Positions 39,916 through 53,505 of a stretch of DNA of 64,000 nt are shown piece after piece. Source of the stretch: Lama glama (lineage: Eukaryota); the NCBI GenBank assembly GCA_028534125.1, contig CM052818.1, positions 13,518,001 to 13,582,000 on the forward strand, written 5' to 3'. The stretch's first letter is position 1. The number at the start of each line of letters is the position of its first letter. A program made the position numbers and the translations under genes. The notes under the pieces are model-generated. The model ran no database searches. It was not told where the DNA came from and worked only from the letters and a program-made list of their open reading frames with translations.

Positions 39916-41717
39916 ATAACCAAATTGTAGAACACTTATCAGACCATGAAGATGATAAGAAAACAAGGGCAGCAATGGTTGGAGTCAAGCAGTGAAACTG
40001 ACAAATTTACCTATTCCTATTTCATGAGGCATTTTTAAAATGAGCCCCATTTAAAAAACAAATGAACAAACAAACACTAATTTCAAGTGGCTGTCTACAT
40101 TGTGGTTCTCTACTTCTCTCAACTGACAAATGTGATATATCACACATCATAGCCTCACACGATTGAGAGAGTCCAAAAATTCATCTAATGCTTAATCTGA
40201 TACATGCATCCTCTCCACAACTTCCCCAACAAGTGGCTGTCAAGAATTTGCAGTCAGGAGGACCATGCCAGCACAGAGCAACATTAAGTATTGGAGTGGT
40301 GCATGGAGATACATATACAGGGTATAATCAGAGACTTGCAATTTTTTCACATTTTATTTTACTGATCAATTAGTAAGATATCAGGCTTTAAACATCTGAA
40401 GTGAAAATAATAACTGCTAAAGGAAGTTTTGTTGAAAAGCAAACGATAAACAACCTAGTACAGAAACCAGAGGATTTATCCAAGTGGTGTATATGGGCCC
40501 TGCCGATGCAATGCAGATGTTTTAGCATCTGTTGGAGGGAACTATTATATCAGATCTTCTTAATTCTGAGGGTCTTAGTTATTATTTTAGATTGAACACA
40601 GTGGTTGAATTAGGAAGTGAGGGGGAGATCACTCTCTGGTTGTGGACTGCAAAACTAAGGGCTTCCATAGAAAAGAAACATCTCCAAAACCAAGATTTGC
40701 TTTGGTGTTTGCAGTAGAAAGATCTTGGTACTCAAAGGTGGTTCTAGTCTCTTCCCCATCTATGAGACCCCTCTGCAACCTTGGACAAGTCACATAACTT
40801 CTCAGCCTCTGTTGTTTAACCTGTAAAATAGGAACAAAACCTTGCCTGCCCTAAAGTAGGAGCCATATTATTTCATAACACCCTGCTTAGCAACAAGACC
40901 TATGATTTGGACAGAATCAAAAGTTACCACATTTTTTGCTTTTTTGCCACAAGACAGGATCCATTTATATTCTTTCTTTGTTCTACTGCTTCCATGGCAC
41001 CCTGAGTGAGGCAGCAGAGTAACCATGCTGAGTAACCATGGCTTCTTCATTCATGCAATTGTGAATTTTAATAGTAACCACTTTGGACCAAGAGTTGGAC
41101 ATTAAGTAAAGTAACTGGTAGTGGGAAAACCCTAATTTGTGGCATTTTGTCCCACAAGAAAAACAGGGCTGACATTTTCTTATTCAGTAATAGCTCCTTG
41201 ACTGTAAATGATCCTTTACAACTGACAAAGTCCAGGCAAAGTCAGTAGCTATATTTCTGCTTTCACCAGTTCTACAACCTAGATCTCCTGAAAGCTAGGA
41301 GACTTCTGTCTCCATTATTCTCACCTCCAGACTTCAACTACATGATACTGGACTGCTGTGAATAAGAATATAAAGATTTTCAGGGCAAGGAAACCTAAAG
41401 AACCATTTTAGCTACCATTGGTCTGTTTAAAAGAACATAAATTTTGGAGAAAGACAGATGTAGTCTTCCCCACTCATAGTTATCTTAAATACTTCTAATT
41501 TGCTAAGTCATCATTTTATCTATAAAATGAGGAGTATTACCTCCCTCATGTGGTAGTTGGAAGAATTAAATAAGATGATAATATGTAAAGTATAGATACA
41601 CAGTGGATTTTTAATCAATGCTAAATCCTTCAACAAGCATTCAATACATTCTGCCTTATTTTAAGCTCAAATCTTCCCTGCTACATCTTATCTTTCATTT
41701 CTTTTCACAATGTGGAA

Positions 41718-41762
41718 ATATATACACACACACACACACACACACATATATATGTATATATA
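41718..41762 (+). repeat. (TA)n(CA)n(TA)n compound microsatellite
   Basis: atatatacacacacacacacacacacacatatatatgtatata. Confidence 0.9.
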
Positions 41763-41774
41763 ATATTATAAAAC

Positions 41775-41945
41775 AGACTTTGCTAGATGGTTAGATGATT
41801 TTGCCCAACTGTAGGCTAACATAAGTGTTTTGAGCATGTTTAAGGTAGGCTAGGCCTAAGCTATGATATTCCATAGGTTAGTGTACTAAATGCACTTCAA
41901 CTTAAGATATATTCAATTTATAATGGGTTTATCAGGACATAACCT
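41775..41945 (-). mobile_element. MER47/Tigger-type DNA transposon fragment
   Basis: ttagatgattttgcccaactgtaggctaac...tttaaggtaggctagg...atgggtttatcaggacataacc. Confidence 0.8.
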
Positions 41946-43987
41946 TAACTCTTACAGAAGAATGTCTCAAACACCACAATTGTGGGAGACTTGTTGCATC
42001 ACATCAGTTGTCCCATCCGATTATCTTGAGTACACAGGGAGAGAATGCCATTTCTGTAGCTGGGAAAAGAGATTACACTCTGAATAACCAAGAGACGAAG
42101 AGAAGTGATGTGAATCATTTGGTTAAACAGAAAAATAATGTCTTATTTATTTATTTTTATATTTGTAGCAGAAAAAAAATGGTTGAAGGATTCTCTCACA
42201 GGCAAAATGCTATCCATTTGCATTATGTATGGCCTTGCTTTAACTCTGAAACAGGGGGAATTGATTATCTGCCCAGATTTCCCACGATAGTGGCAATTAA
42301 AAAGAAAAAAAAACTGGACTGATTCTCACAAAATATTTTTCTTAAAACCCTTGCAAAAGATCCTAAGGATTTTCAAAGGCCAGACCTGACTTCTTCAAAG
42401 CAAAATGATTCTGCAAAGGCCAAGTCTGACTTTGTTAAAACTACCATAGCCAAATGAAAAACACCACTAATCTTTCAAGAGTTCAAGTAGCAGCATAGCA
42501 GCACACCAAGCAAATGGCAAGCCTATGGTAAATCTACTTACATTGGGACAGTTCAGATTTGAAGGAGTTCAGAGTCAAGATTTATCCCCAAACAGAGACT
42601 CATTAAGCACATAGCGTACTAACCACAGTGTACCCTACAGGGATAAATTCAGAACTCTTGGCATATGAGATGTTAGGGCTGGAGCAACTCTGAATTTCTT
42701 TTATAAAGGCATGAAAAACATGAGAAGCATGTCTCTGAACCTGAGCCAACTCATAAGGCTGCCATGCCCTCCTGTTTTGGCAAGTAACTGAAAAATGCTT
42801 AACCTTCAAGTGGTTATCTGTCCTCATCATATTATTCTAATCTGTAATATTCTGAAGTTAGAAAATTAAAGATAAAACTTGAGAAAACAGGGTAAGTCAC
42901 TATGGTGAGGAAGACCCTATATCTAAATCCAGCTTCACATTATCAATCATTTATTATTAATTTTCTTTTACCTCACCGAGCAATAGATTCGAGCAGGTAC
43001 TACAGATTTATTTGCCAAACAATTGGTTGCATAGAGTGCTCTAAGGGAAATACTGTGTTTGAGGAACAGATGATACAAGGCAACAATACTTGCTGGAAAA
43101 AACAGTGAAAAGAAAAAGTAAGAAGGCAAACAAAGGAAATTGAAAAACTAGCATAACGTGAGTGGTGAAATCATTTTAATGATAAAACCTATAAAGGAGA
43201 TTTAGGACATGCATAAAAGGAAAAAACAAAAACAGCAGAAGAAAAGAGAAAGCAAGAAGTAGATATAAGAAAAGAAAAAGAATGATGAAGAAAGGAGAAA
43301 GAAAAGAAAAGGGCCTAAGAAAATAGTGAGGAAGTGAGGATGAGTACTCACAGGGCAAGCACACATTTGTGACCATCTCTAAGAGTCCCTGAATAATGGC
43401 ATAAAGTGATTTTGGAAAATGTCTACCTCTGTGATGTTTCATATTTGCATTATTTGGTCCTGTATTAATTGCAGAGGGTAAGGTACTTTTAACTGTTTTT
43501 CCACTGAGCAGTGTAAGTCAGAGCTATCAATGTATAATTTATGCCTCAGAACATTTCCCCCAATGAGTATATGAGAAGAAAGACAAAGTCAATATAAAGG
43601 TACTATGATGGGAAAATATGACAATTGTTAAGATGGCCTTGAGGGTAAATGTGCATGAAGGGACACAAATACCTAAGATCTCCCTTAGAGAAATATAAGT
43701 AATTTCAAATGGAGGAGAGTATAGTCTAAGTGTTAAGCAAGCTTAACATCTTCACTTTATGCATGATAGGATCAAAACTAGACTCACACTTGAGTAATCC
43801 TTTACAATATAATTCTTTCAATCATATTGTTATCTGAAGCTATTTTAGCCACAGAATTTTAAACAGATAAACTCAGAAACTGCAGCCTGAAATGTGAACA
43901 GATAAGAACATACTACAATTTCTCATGATGTCTTCCAAATGCAAATTGTTAAGCCAATATTTCTTTTCTCATTTAACTTCTAAAACA

Positions 43988-45055
43988 TTAGTAGGCAGAA
44001 TTTTGGCCTCCATGGTCTATGCCCCCTGGTATCGCTCCTGTGGTTATGTTATATTGCATGGTAAAAGAATATTGCAAATGTAATTAAGGTTACTCATCAT
44101 TGGACCTTAAAACAGGGAGATTATTCTGGATTATCCAAGAGAACCCAATTTAATCACATGAGCTCTGAAAAGCAGAAGAGGAAGTCAAAGAGATTCAAAA
44201 CATAAGAAAGACTTGATATGACATTGCTGGCTTGAAGACAGAGGGGCCACATGGAAGACATGAAAAGGAACTGGACTCTGCCAATGATCTGAATAAGCTT
44301 GTTTTAAAATGTAGGCATTATTATTATTTGGGTATAGTAAGGCCAACAGATCAGGAGACCTTGGCCATAGAAAAGATAATTTGTTACTCACAGTTGTCAA
44401 GAGGAGGGGTATGCCACATTACACAAGGCTGCAGAGGGCACCAGGGTCAGTCAAGAGGCAGAGAGGGTAGGGAAAAGGTGGGTAATTGACTTACTGTGGT
44501 TTAGATGGGAAGGAATGGGCAAGGCAGGGTAAACAGGCTTGGGATTGGCTACTTTGAATAATTTCAGCAGGCTTTGGGGCATAAGGACTGTCCCTAGTGC
44601 CTAATACCTGGCCCTAGGGTGATTAGAGCAGGGGAATACTGCCCTGAGTGTGACAGCCCAATATAGAGGGTAGTGGGAGTACAGGCTCTGGATTAGTTCA
44701 TTTGCATATGAAAGTCATCCTTATAGGTAAGTCACCTACTATCTTCAGGAATTGGGTAGCACTAGGGCAGGCAGTCTCTCCAGGGTCAGCAAGGTCCAAG
44801 ATGTCAAAGCATGAGAAATACAAAAAATAAGAAGGCATAATTAATGTAGGTTGAATATTAGTTCTTCCCAATAGCTTCCAGAAAGGAATGCAGTCCTACC
44901 AGCCCCTTGAGTTTGGCTTTGTGAGACCCTGAGCAGAGAATTCAACTATGCCATGCCAGACTCCTATTCTACAGATCTTGAGATAACAAATGGATATTGT
45001 TTTAAGCTGCTACATTTGTGGCAATTTGTTACAGCAGCAATAGAAAACTAATACA
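43988..45055 (+). mobile_element. MaLR LTR (MLT1E-like), split by a nested ERVL LTR
   Basis: gtaattaaggttact...gggagattattctggattatcc, and 3' part ttgttttaagctgctacatttgtggcaatttgttacagcagcaatagaaaactaataca. Confidence 0.85.
44310..44848 (-). mobile_element. ERVL LTR (MER74/MER73-like) nested in MLT1E
   Basis: ggccaacagatcaggagac...ggcagtctctccagggtcagcaagg...agatgtcaaagcat...aagaaggcataattaat. Contains the octamer ATTTGCAT at 44700-44707. Confidence 0.75.
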
Positions 45056-45587
45056 TATGCCAAATTCTACTTGGTGGCATGTTTCTAATTAATTCCTGGG
45101 CTTGTTATATTTTGCATAATCTTCTACCACTTTCACAATTACAGTCATACAGAAAAAGGCTAATTAGAAAAGCTATCTTTAATGACTTTTTTGTCAGGTT
45201 TCCATCAAGCTAGAGATGATGTGAAATTTTTAATGTTATCTACCAGTATAGCATGGAGGAAAATTAAATCAATATGTGCTTAGGAAATTATTTGAGTTTG
45301 TGGAACTCAACTTCCTAAAACTTTAAAACATTTGGCTGTGTGAGATATAATAAGTACTAATAACTACAGCACACACTATCCATCCCTATTAGGCAAATGA
45401 CTAACAGTATTAACATATATATTTGGCTACAACTTCAGATCAAGAATTGTAAATTCATGCTTTGAGCAACTCTCCACCCCAAATAAGATCATAGTAGCAA
45501 TGGAAGATAAATTGTGAAAGGTGAAGATCTTTAAACATGTAACCAAGCTTACAAAGAGACAAACATCTCTGTGGATTGGTAACCAAA

Positions 45588-45715
45588 CATTCATTCATTC
45601 ATTCTCTCACTCATAACAAGCTTTTATTCAGTACCTACTACGTGATAGACATTGTTTTAGACACAGGATATTGTCCTGAACAAAACAAAGTCCCTGCCCT
45701 TAAGGCACTATTACA
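45588..45715 (-). mobile_element. LINE-2 3' end
   Basis: cattcattcattcatt...ttattcagtacctactacgtg...aacaaaacaaagtccctgccct. Confidence 0.75.
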
Positions 45716-47759
45716 CTCCAAAAGAAGAAAATTTTACAGAAACACAAGGCAATAAATGAGGTGGATGCAGCAGGCAAAGGCAATCAGGAGTTTATATCCC
45801 TAGTTGGGTGATGGAGACTAAAAGTGCCCTACCTGAGGCAGAAGACTAGAGCCAATTTTACTGCTTGAAATAACAGATGGGGATGGAAAGGAGGCTGGAA
45901 AGAGCTATAGCTATCTGTTACAGGGTCTATAACTTACATAAAAGTATGTACCCATCTACACAAGACAAAGCGGTCAGGACTTGGGCTGAGCTGCCATTGG
46001 CTAAGTGATTGGATCTGTGCTATCTCTAATCACCAGTGATAAGTGCCCTGAGCTGTCCCTATACAACCTGATTCTGGACAGGGGACAATAGAGGGTTTGT
46101 ACATACAACTGCAACAAACTAGAGAAGGAGGAGTGAGCAAAGACAAAGGGAAAAAATACTTGCCCTCGAGATGAATCTACAAATCAAAATTTTATAACAG
46201 ATGAGAAAAACTAAGAAACAACAAAATGAATATAAAAAAGGAATCTTGACAAGACTTGATGATGCTCAAAGAGATATAGAAAGGAATAACACTTCTATGG
46301 GGGAAAAAATCAAGAAATCATGAAATAAAATAAGCAGAAATGAAATGAAAATGGGCATTTTGAAAAAAAAAGTTAGAAATCCTGGAAATAAAAACTAGAT
46401 TTTAATTTTTTAAAACTTTAATAGGTGAGATAATCATGAGGGAATTAATAAAATGGAAAAGTACTGAGGAATTTACCCAAAACCTATTACAGTGAGATAA
46501 AGAGCAAAAGCATAATTCTGAAAAAGCAGTTTAAAAATATGGAGGATCAATTGAGAGTCTCTAACACATATCTAATGAAAGAGCCACTAGAAGAGCATTG
46601 AGGAAATGGCATAAACCTTTCCAAAATAGAAGAAACACAGGAGTCCTCAGGTTAAAAGTGCCCACCAAGTGCTACACAGGATAAGTGGATATATTTGGTC
46701 TGGAATTGAGCTATTGCAATAAAGATGCTAAAGTAAAAAATCCACCCTTAGAAGGCACTATTCATGAAAAAGTCTTTAGAAGTCTAAACAGAAGAATTTA
46801 TATACTAACTAAAATATTCCTTAGCAGCTCTGAAATTCAATGGAAGTAAATTTGGGGTTTGTAGTTAAAGCTGTTATAAGAATGATATCTAATAATATTA
46901 ATTTATTATCTCTCCCTAAATTGCCTTCTCTGTTTCTGTGGAGCAACTGAGTTGAAATCATCCAAAAAGTCAAAATGAAGGAAAAAATAAAGAATAGGAG
47001 AAATGAAATCCTAAATTGCTTGTATTATCTGAAAGAAGGATAAAGTTTTTATTCACTTTAGATTTTGATTAGTAAATTATGCATGTTGTAATGTATAGGT
47101 TAAAAAATGAATAAAACTAAAGTATATAACTACTAAGCTAATAAAGAAAAAAATGGTTTTTAAAAATATACTCAATCTGAAAAAAAAAAGCAACCAAGAG
47201 GGAGATAAATGTACAGCAGGTTGTCAAACAGAAAAAATGAATAACTAAAATGATAGAATTAAATAAAATATGTCAGTGGTTACATTCAATGTAAATAGAT
47301 AAAATGTTCCAATTTAAGAAACAAAAATTTTCAAACTGGATTTTAAAAGTACATTGAAAAGTTGAAACTAAAAGGGTGGAAAATCATATACTATGCAAAT
47401 AACAGCCAAAATAAAATAGGTATATATATATGTATATTAATATCATTCAAAAGCAACTTTAAGGAAAAATTAGAAGTAAATAGGCTTCATTATTGACAAA
47501 AATTTCAATTCATCAGAAAGACATAATTTTAGAATTGTATGCACCTGATAACATGACTTCAAAATATGTAAAGCAAAAACTAAACTACAGGATCAAATAA
47601 ACAAATTCATAATTATGCTGAGAGATTTAACATATTCCTCCCATTAAGTGAAAAAACACTCCAAAAAACCTCAATATTTTAACAACACAATCTAATTGAA
47701 TTAGATTCAATTAGAACATTGAGGTTAGAAAAAGAGAAGCAAAATAAAATTTTAAAAAG

Positions 47760-47808
47760 TAGAAGGAAAGGAAGAAAGGAAGAAAGGAAGAAAGAAAGAA
47801 AGAAAGAA
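47760..47808 (+). repeat. (GAAA/GGAA)n purine microsatellite
   Basis: agaaggaaaggaagaaaggaagaaaggaagaaagaaagaaagaaagaa. Confidence 0.9.
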
Positions 47809-49336
47809 CAAATAAGAAAAGATATAGGATAACTAATGCAGAAGCAAGAAAGCTAAAAGTCCCTTCTTTGAAAATACTAACAAAATTGACAAAACTTTAG
47901 TGAAACTAATTAGAAAAAAAAGAGAAAAGGAATGAATAACAAATATCAAAAATAAAAAAGAGACAACCGCTACTGATGCTGCACACATAGATTATAATAA
48001 CATATTATTGACAACTTTTGCCAACAAATTTAAAAACTTAGATGAGACAGGAAAAAAATCCTATAAAAATATAAAATATCAAACTGGCATCAAAAGAAAC
48101 ACAAGACCCTAAAGCCTTATGACCATTAAAAAGAAATTATAACAGTAATTTGAAAGCCTACCCAGAAAGAAAACTCCAGGCCCAGGTAACTTTACTCTTA
48201 AGTTCTGGCAAACATGTAAAGAATAAATAATTCCCATTTTTCAAAAATTCTTCCAGAGAATAGAAAAACAGAAAATACTATCCAACTCATTTAATATGGC
48301 TAGTATAATTTTGATACCAAAATCTGACAATGGTAATATAAGAAAAGAATAATATAGACCATACTCGCTTATATGAGTGTAGATGCAAAAAATCCTAAAC
48401 AGAGTATTAGCAAACCTAATCTAGCAACCTATATGAATAATAATACATCATGATTGAGTTGTACTTATACCAGAAATTCATGGTTGGCTTAATATTCAAA
48501 AATTAAGTAATGTAATTCATCACATTAACAAATTAAAGGAGAAAAATCTTACAATCATCTCAATAGATGCAGATAAAGGCACTTAATAAAATTTAACATC
48601 CATTATGATTTAACCAAATAAAACTTTTAGCAACCTAGGAATGGAAGGAAATTTCTTTAATCTGATAAAAATTATTTCCAAAAATATACAACAAATATCT
48701 TACTTATTTTAAATACTCAAAGCTTTCCACTGGAGATCAAGGACAAGACAAAGAAGTCTGCTATTAATATTTCTAGTAAACATCACAGTGGAGGGCCCAC
48801 CCACAAGAAAATAAAAAGAAATCAAAGGTAAGAAACCAAAGTAGAAGAAAAAACAAAACTATCATTATTTAAAGATGATAATTGTTTTATATAAAACCCA
48901 AAAGAATTTACAAATAAACTGTTAGAATTTAGAATAAGAAAATTTAGCAAAGTCATAGGATATTAAATCAAAGTGCAGAAATCTATTTTATTTCTCTATA
49001 CCAGCAACAAATAGTTAAAATTTTTAATTTTACAAAAGATATTTTACAATAGCCTCAAAATTACCAATTACTTTAAATTAAATCTAACAAAAAATTTTCT
49101 AAGACCTTTGTAGAAAAATCATAAAACTTTGTAGAGAGACATTAAAGATAATCTAAATAATGGAGAAGAATATCATGTTCAAGAATTGGAACACTCAACA
49201 TAAAAAATATATAACTTCTCCCCAAACTTATTTATAGATTCATGAAATTTTATCAAAATCACAAGTGTGTATGGAACTTGACAATCTAATTCTAAAATTC
49301 ATATAGATGTGCAAAAGGCCAAAGCAGCCAATCACT

Positions 49337-49769
49337 TATATTAATTCCCTAGGGCTGCTGTAACACAGTACAACAAACTGGATGGCTTAAAACAACAAAT
49401 TTATCATCTCATAGTTCTAGAGGCTAAATATTCCAAAATCAAGATGTTACCAGGTTGATGCTCCTTTGAAACCCATACAGAGAATCTTTTCTTGCCTCTT
49501 CCTGGCTTCCAGTGGTTTTCTGCCAATCTTTGGCTTTCCTTGCCCTGCAGCTGCATAACTTCAATCTCTGCCTTCATTGTCACATAGCATTCTCCCTATG
49601 TTTCTGTCTTTACATGGCCATCACCATATAAGGACACCAATTATATTGGGGTAGGGTCCTCCTCATCTCAACTAATTACCACTGCAATGATCCTGTTTCC
49701 AAATAAGATTGCATTCTGAGGTACTTCAACATATCTTTTTGAAGAGGGGATGCAATCCAGCCCATACCA
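49337..49769 (-). mobile_element. MaLR LTR (MLT1A/C-like) inserted in the old L1
   Basis: agggctgctgtaacacagtacaacaaactggatggcttaaaacaac...tttccaaataag...aatccagcccatacca, with near-TSD tcact/acact. Confidence 0.87.
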
Positions 49770-51204
49770 ACACTCTTGAAGAAAAAGAACAAAGAAGAAA
49801 ATTTGTTCTACTAGGCATCAAGACATATTACAAGGTTATAGTAGTCAAGACAGTGTGGTGTTGGCACAGGGGCAGAAAAATATATGACTAGAACATGAGA
49901 GTTCAGAAACATCATAGAAACCAACTTGTGTGACACTTGATTCATGACAGAGGTGGCACTGCAGAGCAGTGAGAATGGAATGGATTTTCCAAAAGAAGGT
50001 ACTAGGACAATGAAAAACATTAGATTGGGCCCCTCTTTCATAGCATACACAAAAATCAAATCCAGTGAATTTTAGAAAATACAGGATGATTTTTTTCTTG
50101 ACCTTGGACTAGGGAAGGATTTCCTAAATAAACACAAAAAGTACTCATAATAGAGAAAATGACTAATAAACTAAATTTAAATTATAAGACAACATAGAAG
50201 GAGTGGAAAGTCAATGCCTCAGAATAGGAAGAGATATCTGCAATACATACAACTGATAAAGAACTAGTACCAGAATATAAACACCTACAAAACAAGGGAA
50301 ATGTACCCAGAAGTAAAAATGGTGAAAAGATTTAATAAACACTTCACAAAAGAGGTAATACCAGTGACCAATACCATATTTTAAAAGTTCAGTGTCACTA
50401 TTTCTCAGGGAAATGCATTTTAAAACCATGATGAAATACTGCTACTCATCTATCAGATGAGAAATAATCTAAAAGTGTGAAAATATTAAAAGTTAACCAA
50501 AATATGGAGCATCAGGAACTTTCGTAATATGAAAGGTATATATTGGCACAAATTCTTTGAAAACCTGTTGCATTGTCTGGTCAAGTTGAAGACATTCATA
50601 CCTATGACTCTGCAATTCTCTCCAATCTTTACCCTAGAGATCCACACTTACATGGACCACAATACATAAACAACAAAGTTCATAGAAGCATTGTTTATAA
50701 TTACCAAAAAGGGTAAAAAATTCAAGTGTCCATCAGCAATAAAGTGAATAAATAAATTATGGTCTCAATTAGCAGTGAGAAATAACAATCTACAGCTACA
50801 AACAGCAGTATGAATAATTTTTAAAATAACATCAAGGCAAAAAAGGTAAGTCACACAAAGAATATACACAATAATTATTTCATCTATGTAAAGGTCAAGA
50901 ACTGAGAAACACAAACTATGCTTTTCAGGGGTGTATATCCAAGTGATAAGATTACAAAGAAAAGTAAGGAGATATTTCTATAAAGGTCAGGATAGTGATT
51001 ATCTCTGAAGGAAGGAAGGGAGCTTAGAATTGTGAAGACGATACTTAGGCAGACATATACAAGAGGCTTTCTGTGTATCAGTAATGTTTTATTTCTTAAC
51101 CTGGATGATGGTTACAGGGGTGTTCATTTACAAATATTTGTTAAACTACACATACATGTTAAAGTCCACATGGTCTGGAGGAGAATAAATTAGCTAATTA
51201 CATA

Positions 51205-52790
51205 CCCAAGGCCCTTAGAATGTAAGAGTTAAATGAGAAGAGAGTGGTTTTTGAAACAAGATCCTTCTAGGAGTCATAAATGGATACAACACTGAAGATT
51301 TTTTGAACAGGGAAATAATAATGTCAGAGGTAGGCTTCTGAAAGTTTAAGCTGGCAGCAGCATGGAAAACAGTTGAAGGCAAGCGAACTATAGGGAGACA
51401 TGATGGCTCAAAACTGGACTGTTGGAAATAAATGGAGACAGTGGTATGAAAACCAACTATGCACAACTGAGCAACTGGTCAACAAAGCAAAGAATAAGGC
51501 AGAGAGAAAAGTCAAATATGGTTCCAAGGTCTCAATCCTGGGCAACTTTTATGGATGGTTCTATTATTAATGCAAAAGGTAGATAGTTGAGGCAGGGCAG
51601 ATTTGAGCATGTAAGTGACATGTTCTATTTTGTACATAATGACACTGAGGTACTAGAAAATATCCCAGCTAGATATTTAGCTGACCATTGCAATTAGACC
51701 TATTAGATATTCCATAACTATGTGTTATGGGCTGAACGTTTGTTTCTCCCCAAAATTTATATGTTAAGTGCTAACTCCCAGGTATAATGATATTTAGAAG
51801 TAGAGCCTTTGGATGATGACTGGGTTTAGATGAGGCCATGAGGGTAGGGCCTCATGATGGGATTAGTGTCATTATAAGATGAGGAAGAGAGACCACAGCT
51901 TTCCCTCTCCACTATGTGAGGACACAGCCAGAAGGCAGCTGCCTACAAGCCAGGAAGAGATCTCCTGCAGGGGAACCAAACTGGCTGGCACCTTGATGTT
52001 GGACTTCCCAGACTCCAAAACTGTGAGTAATAAAATCCTGTTGTTTAAGCCACCCAGTCTATGGTATTTTGTTATTACAGCCTGAGGTGATTAATATAAT
52101 ATGGGAGGAAATGAGAGAAGGAGAGTCATTTAGTAGAGAAGGTAGAGCTGTAGATATACATTTGGAAGTCAACCACATACAGCTAACAGTGGATCCCAAG
52201 AAACTGGATAAGTCTAAAATTGGATTAAAAAAGAAGAAAAAATGCTAAGATCAGATCCTTGAGGAACAACTAAAGTTATAGAAGAAGAATGATGAAACAG
52301 AAAAAGAGCTGGCAGAGAGGTGGGAAAATCAGGAGAATATAATGTAAAGCCAAAAAATGAAAGAGTTTCAGGATTTGGCCAACACTGGGTTAGAGGATTG
52401 ACAGAAAGTGATTTGTATTTAGTGATCTACCAAATTTTAGCTACCTTCAAGAGAGTGATTTCAGCAGATTGTCAGAAGCGTAGAAGTCAGGCTACAATAA
52501 ATAATGGAATATGTGGATCACCCTAAAGGAGGGGAAGCACACATGATTCAAGACTTTTGGTAGTGAAAAGGTGAACTAAAGGAAAGCAATATGAGAGTAA
52601 TAAAGTCAAAAGTAAGGACTACTATGGTTGTAGCAGATAGGAAGGCCACAGTGAAGAAATATTAATGATGCAAGATGGTGGTTAGAATAGATAAATGAAG
52701 GAACAATGTTCTGATAGCCTTGAGAGCACAAGTGCAGGAGCTAGTCTTTGAAAGGAGGGAGAACACACAATGTCTGAGGCAGAAGAGTCT
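51205..52790 (-). mobile_element. LINE-2 fragments (antisense)
   Basis: gattttttgaacagggaaataata...gagaaaagtcaaatatggttccaagg...atacatttggaagtcaaccacatacag. Confidence 0.65.
51723..52098 (+). mobile_element. MaLR solo LTR (MLT1A-like)
   Basis: tgttatgggctgaacgtttg...gggcctcatgatgggattagtg...tgtgaggacacagc...gtttaagccacccagtctatggtattttgtta, with near-TSD ctatg/atatg. Confidence 0.9.
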
Positions 52791-52844
52791 TCATTATAAA
52801 ATCTGCAGTGTGAAAGGAAAACTCAGAGATAAAAGCATTAAGAA

Positions 52845-53505
52845 AAGAAAAGAGAACCCCTGTGCACTGTGATGGGAATGTAAACTGGTGCAGCCACTAT
52901 GGAAAACAATATGGAGGTTCCTCAAGAAATTAAAAATAGAACTACTATATGATCCAGCAATTCTGCTCTGGGGTATTTATCCAAAAAAATGAAAACACTA
53001 ACTCAAAAACATATATGCACTTCCATGTACACTGCATCATTATTTATAATATCCAAGATATGGAAACAACCTATGTGTCCACTGACAGATGAATGGATAA
53101 AGGAAATGTGATGTATATAATGAATAATATAAATATTATTCAGCATTAAAAAGAATGAAGTTTTGCCATTTGTGACAACATGGAAATATGGATGTACCTT
53201 GAAGGCATTACACTAAGTGAAATAAGTCAGACAGAGAAAAACAAATACCTCATGATCTCACTTACACGTGGGACAAGCTCATAGATACAGAAAATAGATC
53301 GGCAGTTGCCAGATATTAGGGGACAGGGGAGTGGGGAAAGAGGAGGGGGAGGGTACAAAATGGGTGAAGGGAGTCAAAAGGTACAAACTTCAGGTTATAA
53401 AACAAATAAATCATGGGGAGGATGTAATGCACAGCATGGTGACTACAGTTAATAATACTGCATTGCAAAACTGAAAGTTGCTAAGAGAATAGATCTTTTT
53501 AAAAA
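52845..53505 (+). mobile_element. L1MA9-like 3' end
   Basis: gggaatgtaaactggtgcagccactatggaaaac...cacagcatggtgactacagttaataatactg...gctaagagaatagatctt. Confidence 0.88.

Larger units (their letters stand above)
46150..51160 (+). mobile_element. Long, highly degenerate old LINE-1 (L1MC/MD/ME-type): ORF1 remnants, EN, RT and 3' UTR
   Basis: EN-like tgtatgcacctgataacatgacttcaaaata, RT-like ttgataccaaaatctgacaa...gatgcaaaaaatcctaaac, atcatctcaatagatgcag, IKTYYKVIVVKTVWCWH, and 3' UTR tttatttcttaacctggatgatggttacagggg. Confidence 0.88.
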
